DNA of 42,551 nucleotides from Craspedostauros australis (taxonomy: Eukaryota), in contig JALAGF010005623.1 in NCBI GenBank assembly GCA_030167865.1, positions 1 to 42,551 of the forward strand, written 5' to 3'. Below, one piece after another: positions 24,191-33,514 of this stretch; the first letter of the stretch is position 1; every line of letters begins with the position of its first letter. The notes beneath the pieces were generated by a model that saw nothing but the letters and a program-made list of their open reading frames with translations, had not been told where the DNA came from and did no database searches. Both the position numbers and the translations under genes were made by a program.

Positions 24191-25573
24191 TTACTCCAAC
24201 TTGGGAGCCATTCCAATGTCTCTGGCGTACTTGAGGCTGATGCCCTTCGATTCGAGCATGGCATCGATGTCCTGGTAGGTCGGTCTCGTCTCCTGCGTTC
24301 CCACCTTGACGTAATCCGTTGCGGCATCATTCTCAGCAAACACACCCCAATCAGAATTGAATCGCTTGATCATTCGCACATTTCCACCACGGCACACGTA
24401 CCCTTCCACGATGTAGGTGCTCTCAAAGCCCATATCCTCCAACCGCTTCAAAGAATTGCCCTTGCCACCCAAAAAGCTGGCCACCGATCCCAACAAGCCA
24501 CCATCGCGCGATGCCGAATCCAAGGCATCGTCCGTGATGCGCCATTGCGGATTGGTCATGGCCACGAGTCTCTTGGGTCCCGCCTGCGTGTGGATGGATT
24601 CGATCGCATCAATGGTCTCCTGCGTGGGCTGCACGAAGCAGCTGACATCGTCCTGCGGTCCGGTCTTGCCCTGCGTGATCCAAAGCCCGATGCCATCCAC
24701 GCCGGATTCGTCGACGGAGCGGTCCTCATCGATGCGCGGTGGCACGCCGCCAGCAGTGTTGCGCGAATATTCGCTGCGTTGATACAATTGCATTCATGGA
24801 ATCAAGCGCAGAGCCGATCGGGAAAGAGTAGAATATAATGGAACAGGTGGAAGCAACGACGATGGTTGGCGAGATGAGGTGAGACTTGTTATAATACATC
24901 ATTCTGGCACCTCCAAAAGTTGAAATTCTTGTCATGATGCCTATCTCTTGTCATTCCAATCCATTTCGGCACATTCCATTCAGCCACATTCAATGTAACA
25001 CGCCGCTGTCCACGACGACACACTCATGCGATGCTATCGCAATCACAGCGCAGGACAGTGCACAGCATAATACAATATAACATATCCGTAACACACGTAC
25101 CGCAACATGTCTCGCGCCGTCAGGGATGCCACACGGTACAACTGCATGATGCCACCCTGCCAGGTCTCATCCGGTGGCACGAGCACGGAGCTGGCCATGT
25201 CGACGTCCGCATCATTCTCAATGTACTGCAGCAGCTGATCGTTGTCGGGACTGCGTGGCAGGAGCACGCGGATGATCTGTCGTGTGACGCCGGCCTGGTA
25301 GGCATCCTTCATGGTGGTGGCGGCCTGACGCACCATCTCGTCATACGACAGCGGGATGGACAATCCATCCGTGATCTGCTGCTTGGAAGGAGTCTCGGCC
25401 TCGTTATCGGCGACATCGTTCGCGCTCATGGACATGCGCGTCATGGCGATGTCGGTGCTGATGTGGAGCATGCCATTGCTGCTGGTTGTGGATGCTGGTG
25501 TCACGGAAAATGCCGATGTGGTGTCCGCAGCAGCCAAGAGCAATGCGAGCGCTGTTGTAACTTGGAACTTCAT
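24191..25573 (-). CDS. Plastid-targeted DUF1995-like protein (~351 aa); exons 25573-25101 and 24773-24191
   Basis: Bipartite signal MKFQVTTALALLLAAADTTSA-FSV. Motifs IPLSYDEMVRQA...GVTRQIIRVLLP, DETWQGGIMQLY, VAMTNPQW and RPTY. Phase-2 intron GTACGT...CGCAG restores the frame. Family name is from memory of these motifs. Confidence 0.75.
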
Positions 25574-25843
25574 GGTCTCTGTCAGTGCAATAGACTATAT
25601 TACAGCACTTTTCAAAATCGTCGCCGTCGTCGTCGGTTTCAACGTTGTTATTGTTGATAGTGTTGGTGTTGTGGCAAAAGCAAATACACTCTTCGTTCCT
25701 CTGCTGATTGTGATGATGTCGAGCGGGGTGCAGGGTCAATGGTTTGATGAGATCGAAGCTCTGGTCATCTGTTCTGCCTCTGGTTGCGTCGCGAGGCCCA
25801 TCTGGATTTGTTCCGATTTTTGGGCCGGTCAGCACCCAAATTG

Positions 25844-25866
25844 TGAGTCAGGGTCCATGACGTCAC
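25844..25866. promoter_or_regulatory. TGAGTCA plus ATGACGTCAC bZIP-type sites in a divergent promoter
   Basis: TGAGTCA at 25844-25850 and TGACGTCA at 25858-25865, between the head-to-head DUF1995-like and PPase genes. Confidence 0.35.
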
Positions 25867-26426
25867 GGACATGCACACAAACACATACACCAACGACTAC
25901 ATGGACCAAATAATAATCGGAAACTGAACATACCGTATCACAGACAAAGGTACATGGAAAAGTGCATTGAAGATAGTCATGGATGTTCCACGTGGAGCAA
26001 TTATGGCGGACGAGTTGGCAACAGCCACGGAGAGCGTGGACACACAACACCAACGTGTGTTTCTTCTTCCACTTCGGCAGCTCCACACACAACGAAGAAC
26101 ACGCACGACGAAAGAACACACAGTGCTGTGAAGTGGCAGTTGGGATACCTTTGTGGTGTTGTGGCTGATTGGATTGGGCGAGAGAGATTCAAGACACAGG
26201 ATTTGTGTCCCTGGCCACGCACCTGGTTTGGCTGACACCAACAATGCCGATCATGTTGTCCTCGTCTCACGTGTGTTGTGCGTCTCGCGTGATGATGGGA
26301 CGCAGGAATCTTTGGTTGGTTGGTACGGCGGTTGCGAATGCACCTCCACCAGCGGCCTCCATCCAACGACTTGTGCACATCGTCGCATCCGCACACTCAC
26401 ATACCCTACAACCCCAAGAATCCAAG

Positions 26427-27233
26427 ATGAAGCTCACCGCCGCCCTCTCCCTCCTCGCATTCACCGCGCCAGCCACCTCCGGCTTCGCCCCAGCCGCCTT
26501 CGGAGCCCGCAACAATGCCGCCGCCGTCCTCTTCAGCTACTCCACGGAGCAGGCCGGTGAGGCCGCCACCGAGTCCTTCCGCCTCAAGTTCCAGGGCGAG
26601 GAGGGTGACATCTCCCCATGGCACGACATCCCGCTGAAGAGCGGAGACGTCTACAACATGGTCGTCGAGATCCCAAAGATGACCAAGGCCAAGATGGAGG
26701 TCGCCACCAAGGAGGAGAAGAACCCAATCGCCCAGGACATGAAGAAGGGCAAGCTCCGTGACTACCACGGACCGATCTTCTGGAACTACGGATGCCTTCC
26801 ACAGACCTGGGAGGACCCAACCGTCGAGCACCCAGAGCTCAAGTGCTTCGGCGACGACGATCCAATCGATGTCGTCGAGATCGGCAGCTCCGCCCTCGAG
26901 ATGGGAAGCGTCAAGGAGGTCAAGCCCCTCGGCGTCCTCGCCATGATCGACGATGGTGAGCTCGACTGGAAGGTCCTCGCCATCGCCACCGACGATCCAT
27001 TGGCCGCCGAGTACAACGACATCGACGATGTGCCTCTGGCCATCCAGGACGGAATCCGCGAGTGGTTCCGCTGGTACAAGACCCCAGACGACAAGCCAAT
27101 CAACGAGTTCGGATTCGACGAGAAGTACCTCGACGTCAAGGCCACCAACGAGATCATCGAGGAGACCCACGAGGCATGGAAGAAGCTCCGATCCGGCGAC
27201 ACCGAGGCCGGAAAGCTCTGGACTGGAAACTAA
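26427..27233 (+). CDS. Soluble inorganic pyrophosphatase (family I), plastid-targeted
   Basis: ISPWHDIPL, VVEIPK, NYGCLPQTWEDP, GDDDPIDVVEIG, MIDDGELDWKV and WFRWYK. Bipartite presequence MKLTAALSLLAFTAPATSG-FAP. Strong C/G third-position bias. Confidence 0.96.
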   Translation: MKLTAALSLLAFTAPATSGFAPAAFGARNNAAAVLFSYSTEQAGEAATESFRLKFQGEEGDISPWHDIPLKSGDVYNMVVEIPKMTKAKMEVATKEEKNPIAQDMKKGKLRDYHGPIFWNYGCLPQTWEDPTVEHPELKCFGDDDPIDVVEIGSSALEMGSVKEVKPLGVLAMIDDGELDWKVLAIATDDPLAAEYNDIDDVPLAIQDGIREWFRWYKTPDDKPINEFGFDEKYLDVKATNEIIEETHEAWKKLRSGDTEAGKLWTGN

Positions 27234-27730
27234 ACAATCCTCGAATGCCACAAAGTAGCTGTTCTTGAGTATGGATTGAGTATAATAGAATGATCTAATC
27301 TATGATATCATATCATACAATAGTGGACTAGAGTACTCTAGTAAACATATAATATCAAAATAGAATAGTACTTTACTGGTGGACCGATGCTGTCCTTGGC
27401 TGTGCGAGTCTATCGAACAACTGAAGTGGAATGCTCCGCCATCTCCGTCTCATTGAACTTGGTCGTTCTTGAAGTTTCGAACCACTCGACCACACTGTGG
27501 CGTCATCTCTGGTCCGTGTTTTGGTGTCAACGAAAGATTCAGTACACACGCACACACACACATCAAGAGAGATGCGATGTTGCCTTTCGGGATCTTCGTT
27601 TGGCATCAATCCCCACAACGACCACAATCGTATTACAACTAAACCGACACCCTGCCTACGAATGCAAACAATCAATTGCCACACAGACGCATTCAACAAC
27701 AGCAGCCGCAGCAACGACAACAGCCACAGA

Positions 27731-28267
27731 ATGAGCCGCTCCCTGCTGCGGCTCTGCGCCATCGCATGCGCTTTCGGCCTCGCGAGCTCGTTTTCTCCAT
27801 CGGCGCAGTCCATGAGACCATCCACGAAACCCTTGCGAAGCAATCGCAATCTCCATAAGCCTTCCCTCGTCATCCTCCATAACATCGACGGCAGCAAGGA
27901 CGATGAGATAGCAAAGCTGGAAGAACAGCTGGCCAAGTTGAAGGCCGACAAGGAGACGGCAGATGTACCACAGATGACTGAATCGACGCCTGAGATCCTG
28001 GAAGAAATCGAAATGGAGGCCATGTTCTCGGAGCGCTGGAAGGAGCAGGAACAATCCCTCAGCGAGACCGACTCCGATGCCGCAGAATCCAAGGGTCCTG
28101 GTCTCACAGGAATCATCGGTGCGATCGCGTTGGCTGTCGTCCTCGCTTTCTTCAGCCAAGTTCCCGTCGGCCAGGAAAATCTCAGCAGGTTCTCTGTCAT
28201 CAACAAGGGGCCTGATACCACCATCAATCTTGGTGATTTGAATGAGGCCCGGAAAGGTGATATCTGA
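27731..28267 (+). CDS. Small plastid-targeted membrane protein of unknown function (178 aa)
   Basis: MSRSLLRLCAIACAFGLASS-FSP bipartite signal, short coiled coil (EIAKLEEQLAKLKA), one TM (IIGAIALAVVLAFF) and a short C-terminal tail. Confidence 0.75.
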   Translation: MSRSLLRLCAIACAFGLASSFSPSAQSMRPSTKPLRSNRNLHKPSLVILHNIDGSKDDEIAKLEEQLAKLKADKETADVPQMTESTPEILEEIEMEAMFSERWKEQEQSLSETDSDAAESKGPGLTGIIGAIALAVVLAFFSQVPVGQENLSRFSVINKGPDTTINLGDLNEARKGDI

Positions 28268-28506
28268 TGGCTGTGCACAAGTCACATTGTGACATGAAAG
28301 CAATGCTGTAGCCAGCCAGGTGGAGCCAAACGGGGATCGCAGGCAGAGCATGCTCATTCACGACTTTCAATCCAGAACATGCCCACTCCAGTGTTCTATT
28401 GTATCGCATCACGCAAAAGCTAAATGGAATACTCTGCAATACTCTACTCTGTGGATTGTAGTAAAAACACTGCTATACACACCAACAGAGCTTCCCAGCG
28501 CATTCA

Positions 28507-31101
28507 TCATTGTCGCTTTGCCTTCTTCTGGATCATTTTGTGCCTCAGTTTCTCCCAATCTTTCACCGTCCATGGAAATCCAACTCTTGCATCCGGTTTG
28601 TTATTCTCTGCATCCGCGCGTTGCCATCGCCGCGTCTCGTCGCTGTGGACGCAGCGCGAATAATATCCATCTGCGTCTTGGTACACATTGGGATGCGACA
28701 GCGCCTTGTACATGGACCCTGCAATGACGCGAAAATCCAACGACACGCGCGTCTTGCACGTTGCATTATCGGTCGTCCAGTGCGTGCATACGGCGCCCGC
28801 GAACTGTTTCATTCTGCCCAACGCACCGATGATCGGATGCCAGTCTTGAGCGTTGGGTTGGGATTCCAGGAATAAGGATGAGGCGTTGCCGCACGTGTCG
28901 GGGTTGCCGATTTCGGTGATTGGGACGTAGAGGTTGATGGAACACGGATGATGGCCGTACATGACGTCGGCGTGCGGTCCGATGCTGAATTCGCCGGGCT
29001 GGACGATGCGGACGCAGGGAAAAGATTGGTAATAGAACTCGGTTTCGTTTGGAGCGATTGTGCTGAGATGAGGGATGCAGAAACTATGCACGAAGTCGTC
29101 GTACGCAGCTTGAAAGGACGCATGATGATTGTCGGTGGTCAGCGTTTGCAGGATGTCGTACTTCCTGCCCTCGTCTTCATGCAGCAGCGTGAGGTCGTAC
29201 TCACTCGGCAGTCCAAATGATTGCAACAACGCCGTGCGCAAAGGATGCTGCATCGCATCGTAACTCAAATCTCGTTCCAACGCGAGGCCGCCTTGCAGAA
29301 ATCTTTTCATGACTGCACCGTACCCGCCTTTCCCGGTGGCGTCGCAGATGGTTTGCAGTGCCTCGCTTCGGTGCCGCAGGGTCTTTTGCAAATGCGGTTC
29401 CATTACCTGTCGTAAGTGCAATGGGAATGGATGAAAAGGGATATTTTTGGAGTGATTCGTCGCACTGGCGAGGCTGGAACCGAACCATTTCGGGTTGTTT
29501 GGCTTCATTGTATTGGCGGCGGGGGCGGCAGCTGTTGTTGTTGCTGCGGGTGCATGGACTGCTGTTGTCGATGCTCCTGGCGCTATTGAAGCGGACGCAA
29601 TAGTGTTCGCTGAAGGTTGCGTTGATGTTTCCGAATTGAGCATCTCCTCAATTGTGCTGATGATCTTCGTCGTGCTTTGATCGCGATAGTAGGCGATCTC
29701 TCGGAATCGACCTGTCTCCACAGGCACCTCGAAGAATTCTCGCTGTCGCTCTCTGTCCGCGTCATTCATGAACCCATGCACGACAAGATCGATCCCCCGA
29801 GCCGCCATAAATTCTGCTGTCACGATGAGCGGGCATGGACAAACGACCTCATCGACGTACTTGATGGCCTCAATGATTGCAACGCGATCTCTCTCCCGTA
29901 TGACCGGTGGTCGTTTGTAACCCGCAGCATCATCATCTCCCGTAACCCCAATGATAACACGATGGCCAAGATCCGAGCATTGCTTGATCGCCTCCAAATG
30001 TCCGACATGGAACAGATCGAACACACCATCCATGTACACAGTGCCGACTTTGGTGATATTGTCTTTGGTGTTGCTCATCGTGCCATTGCCATTGCCATTG
30101 TCGTTGTTGCTGGCAAGCCACTCGTGTTCTTTTGTGCCCTGCACCTCCAAGTATTTCAACAATTCTTCCTTGTTGAAGTTTGTGGGACGGCGTGCTGCCC
30201 TCGACGTTGGTTGCATCGGTAGATAGTGCTTGTCTTGCAACGGCTGCTTCGTACTGTCCATCCACGTTCCTCCAGGTGCGATGAGCGGCGGGAGGTCAGT
30301 TCCGGTGTCATCCTCACCGTTTGCAACGCCATGATTCGCGACGTGTGTCGTCGCCGATGATGACGTCGCAGCCTGATGAGCGGTGCTCTGGTAGTACACA
30401 TCGAAGCAATCGTCGCCGAATGCTCGTTTCAACAGCAGAACAGGTGTCTGCGGACCCTTGATGTGGACGACTGGTCCCATCTTCAGATTGGCTTGCAACG
30501 GAAACATCTCCTTTTGACGATACACCTCCTTTGGCCACATCTCCACAGCCTTCCGTTTTGCGAAGTGCCAAAACGAAGCGAGTTCATCGCTGCCGGTGGC
30601 CGATGCAGCAGCTGACGCGATGGTGTCCACAATGCCGTCAATATATGCTTGCTGTTGCCGTTGGCCATTCGCCTTCACACCAACAACCTCATTGACGAGC
30701 TGATCCATGGATTCATATCGCCGGATGACAAAGATGTCGATGAAGATGTTGTTCATCTGCTTGGGACGTATCCGATCGCCGCCCTCCCATGGTGCGATCT
30801 GGTATTGGTACCGCTTGCCGATCAACGCCTGAAGCTGGTCCTTGACGCGCTGGTACGCAGATCCATCGCCAGGACCTTCGTCGTGATGATCGATGATGGA
30901 TATGTCGATGTCATCATCGCAGAATAGAATCGAATGCTGCCGAATCGCACCCAGCAACGATCCCCCGGTCACGATGTAGTCCACTCTGAGCTTGTCGAGC
31001 GCATCGACAACCACCTGAAGCGTCGTGTACAGCGCATCCACTTCCTTGCGAGAGATGAGCGTGGGATCGGGACCCTGTTTGGGTGCAGCGACCTTTCCCA
31101 T
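28507..31101 (-). CDS. Three-domain fusion: LicD-family nucleotidyltransferase-fold + HxGH cytidylyltransferase + StrG/PhyH-like Fe(II)/2OG dioxygenase (864 aa)
   Basis: N-terminal GGSLLGAIRQHSILFCDDDIDI...IDIF (LicD). Middle VYMDGVFDLFHVGH...AIKYVDEVV...VVHG...STTKII (~30045-29640; choline/ethanolamine/glycerol-P cytidylyltransferase family). C-terminal YQSFPCVRI...PHADVMYGH...HWTTDN...TRVSLDFR (HxD...H...RxS). One uninterrupted ORF. Confidence 0.85.
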   Translation of the reverse strand: MGKVAAPKQGPDPTLISRKEVDALYTTLQVVVDALDKLRVDYIVTGGSLLGAIRQHSILFCDDDIDISIIDHHDEGPGDGSAYQRVKDQLQALIGKRYQYQIAPWEGGDRIRPKQMNNIFIDIFVIRRYESMDQLVNEVVGVKANGQRQQQAYIDGIVDTIASAAASATGSDELASFWHFAKRKAVEMWPKEVYRQKEMFPLQANLKMGPVVHIKGPQTPVLLLKRAFGDDCFDVYYQSTAHQAATSSSATTHVANHGVANGEDDTGTDLPPLIAPGGTWMDSTKQPLQDKHYLPMQPTSRAARRPTNFNKEELLKYLEVQGTKEHEWLASNNDNGNGNGTMSNTKDNITKVGTVYMDGVFDLFHVGHLEAIKQCSDLGHRVIIGVTGDDDAAGYKRPPVIRERDRVAIIEAIKYVDEVVCPCPLIVTAEFMAARGIDLVVHGFMNDADRERQREFFEVPVETGRFREIAYYRDQSTTKIISTIEEMLNSETSTQPSANTIASASIAPGASTTAVHAPAATTTAAAPAANTMKPNNPKWFGSSLASATNHSKNIPFHPFPLHLRQVMEPHLQKTLRHRSEALQTICDATGKGGYGAVMKRFLQGGLALERDLSYDAMQHPLRTALLQSFGLPSEYDLTLLHEDEGRKYDILQTLTTDNHHASFQAAYDDFVHSFCIPHLSTIAPNETEFYYQSFPCVRIVQPGEFSIGPHADVMYGHHPCSINLYVPITEIGNPDTCGNASSLFLESQPNAQDWHPIIGALGRMKQFAGAVCTHWTTDNATCKTRVSLDFRVIAGSMYKALSHPNVYQDADGYYSRCVHSDETRRWQRADAENNKPDARVGFPWTVKDWEKLRHKMIQKKAKRQ

Positions 31102-32486
31102 TCTCGCAGTTGAGGTGAGCGCCGTTCCCTGTGGTTGTGACAGCTACGGAGATGAACGTACTTCTGATAGGCTGGCTATCTCTCTCTCTCTCTCTCTGGA
31201 GGAAACGTTGCCGCTGCTACTGTCACTGTTGCTGTTACTGCTACGATTCCTGTTGCTTCCTCTCGTGGTGCAAGCATGATGGCGATACAAAGTTGGATGT
31301 CGGAGGCGAGCGGCGGGTTGTTGGGTGCAGATGAGGTGTAGGAGCAGCACCAGTATTGGTGACGATCACCCATCAAACAAGATCGTTTGCTCGAAACCAG
31401 TTCTTAGGCGTGTGCTCCATCTGATTGGACGTGACAACTCTTCGGCTCATTCGTGGATAATACTGCATCCATCGTGATTGAAACCAGCTCCTTCCAGTCA
31501 TGGTTTGATCCAATTTCTCCGAAAAACAACATCACAGATCCACGATCTCCGTTTGTGAATGTCACTATTCCACCGCTGTCTTCTTGGTCGTAGTTTGGGA
31601 GCACTTGCCTTCTTCGGTGGGGACTGGCGCTCGGATGGTGAATTCTCTCTGCCACCTTGACGCCCTCACTTTTTTGTCGCTGTCGTCGTCGTTTCCCATC
31701 CCAGCTCGCTTCGTCCTTTGGTAGAAGCATCCGCCATGGATGATAAATGTTGCGCCGGTTCAAATGGAGGCTAAAAGAGAGGAGCGGTTTGGATCGCGAG
31801 GAGTGCAAGTTACTCGTAGGTACTACTACTATGAAGGTGCGTTGGGTGGAAGCCAGCAAATGTCAGCGAACATCATGTCTCTTGTCCTTGCTCTCTGCGG
31901 ATCACCTCGGAGCCTGCTCGCCTCCCGCGCAACGACACTTCCATCGGTCTTGTTCTTGGTGGAGAGATCGGGAGTGGGGGAGGAGGCGAAACGAATCAAC
32001 CGCAGGCAGCCGGGCGCGACGCATGTTGGTGAAGTGGAGCATGAGTACAAGCAGAGCCCTCGGTGCGAGCAAGCAGCAGTCGGACGGTTGCGATACGCAC
32101 GTCCCTTTGTGTTGGGTTCGGTCACACTGCGTTGAACCGTATCACTCCACTCTATACTGTCTACAATGTGCTACAAGTAGATCTATGCGTTGTGCTGTGT
32201 TGTCTTGTATACATGATGCTATTCTATTAATACATTCGAGTACGGCACGATGCATGCCATCGTTTTGCTTGATTGCAAACCGCCATGTTGTTGACATTTC
32301 TTGATTCCTTTGGCTGAAGATCCCCGTGCTGCTCAATCATCGAGATGGATATTGCATCCGTCCAGATGAGGCACTTGGAATTTGGGCGTTGCATCTTCCT
32401 GCTTGGTCAGCGCGATATTCCAGTTCTACTCTTGTGGTATTCGTCCCCCCCATTCATGCTTCGACAGCCGCGATGCATGCGCCATG

Positions 32487-32792
32487 TCATATCTGCTGCT
32501 GCTTCATTGTGATGCCGGCAAAGATGGACGGTCGCAGCGTGACTTTGCGGTCGCTGTCCTGCTCCCGCCGTCTCAGCTTTCTCCAGAATATTCGGACGCA
32601 GATCTCCTTGACCCTGCATCGGATCGTCGATTCATCCTCGTATTCCTCGTCGGACTTGGCGGTGGCGTGCATGACGCGCTCCAGCATGCGTGCGATGGCC
32701 GTCACGTTCCTTTGCTTGTCTTGGGGGGCGATGGATGTTTCCACCAGCATCGTCTCCAGCTTTTCAATCATCTGCGATCGTTTGGGATTCAT
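32487..32792 (-). CDS. Small stand-alone KIX-like (Med15/CBP KIX_2-type) domain protein (101 aa)
   Basis: RSQMIEKLETML...IARMLERVMHATAKSDEEYEDESTIRCRVKE matches the three-helix AxxLExxxxxxAxSxxEYxDxxTLxxR pattern. It is preceded by a CA-rich 5' UTR like those of other genes here. Confidence 0.65.
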   Translation of the reverse strand: MNPKRSQMIEKLETMLVETSIAPQDKQRNVTAIARMLERVMHATAKSDEEYEDESTIRCRVKEICVRIFWRKLRRREQDSDRKVTLRPSIFAGITMKQQQI

Positions 32793-33514
32793 GATGGCGC
32801 TTGTGTTGTGTGTTGTGTGTATGTGTAGTGGTGAGTTGTTCTGTGTTGCAGCGAGCGGAGTACGGATAGAGTATGATGTTGTCAATGCCCAGTCTTGAGT
32901 TTTATGAGTATGAACATCGATTCAACACATTTCTTGGCTGGATGTCTGCGTCCCTCAATGGATGATGCTCAGAGGTCGTCGCTTCTTTGTGTGTGAACGC
33001 GGGGACGGTCTCGCAAACGGCAACGCCGGAAGATGCGCGAGGAGAGGTCCCTCTCGCTCGAACAGTTGTCTCTGGTTGCATCGGTGGTGTTGTCGTGGAT
33101 GTTGATGATCGCCTCTCTTGTTTCGGACACCAAACACGCGACTTGTCTTGCCATTTTGTGACGAGAACTGGCATCGGACAAATCTATCCTGTTCTTGTCT
33201 TTGTACGGATAGGGTCCTTCCGAGGCTTTACCATCCGTGGATACGATCGTTGAAGTCGAACTTTTTGACTACTTTGAACAAAACGAATGCAAATCATCGA
33301 CCAATTGGAATCAAGCTTGGAACGAAACGAAAAACGAAATCGACCATGGCGGAAATTGAACGCCGGCGAATGGCGAAGCGCCGCCGCGCCAAGTCCAGCA
33401 ACTGAATCATCATCATCATCATCATCATAGTTGTAGCCTCTGTGTTGGGAACTATTCCATAATATCATCCCAAATCACACATGCACACACACACACACAG
33501 TATAATTTCCCACC

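Noticed and set aside
4701..27233. Functional link between the fluoride exporter and the fluoride-sensitive family I PPase, or a fluoride riboswitch
   Set aside because: The genes are 20 kb apart in a eukaryote and in different compartments; no riboswitch consensus recognised upstream of FEX.
26406..27251. 281-aa ORF antisense to the PPase (and similar shadows over FEX, BT1, the LRR gene and the Lys/Ser-rich gene)
   Set aside because: Same codon-bias shadow effect; the opposite strand carries the clear protein family.
31404..32304. Overlapping 100-185 aa ORFs between the fusion gene and the KIX-like gene
   Set aside because: No recognisable motifs, and most lack a proper ATG start.
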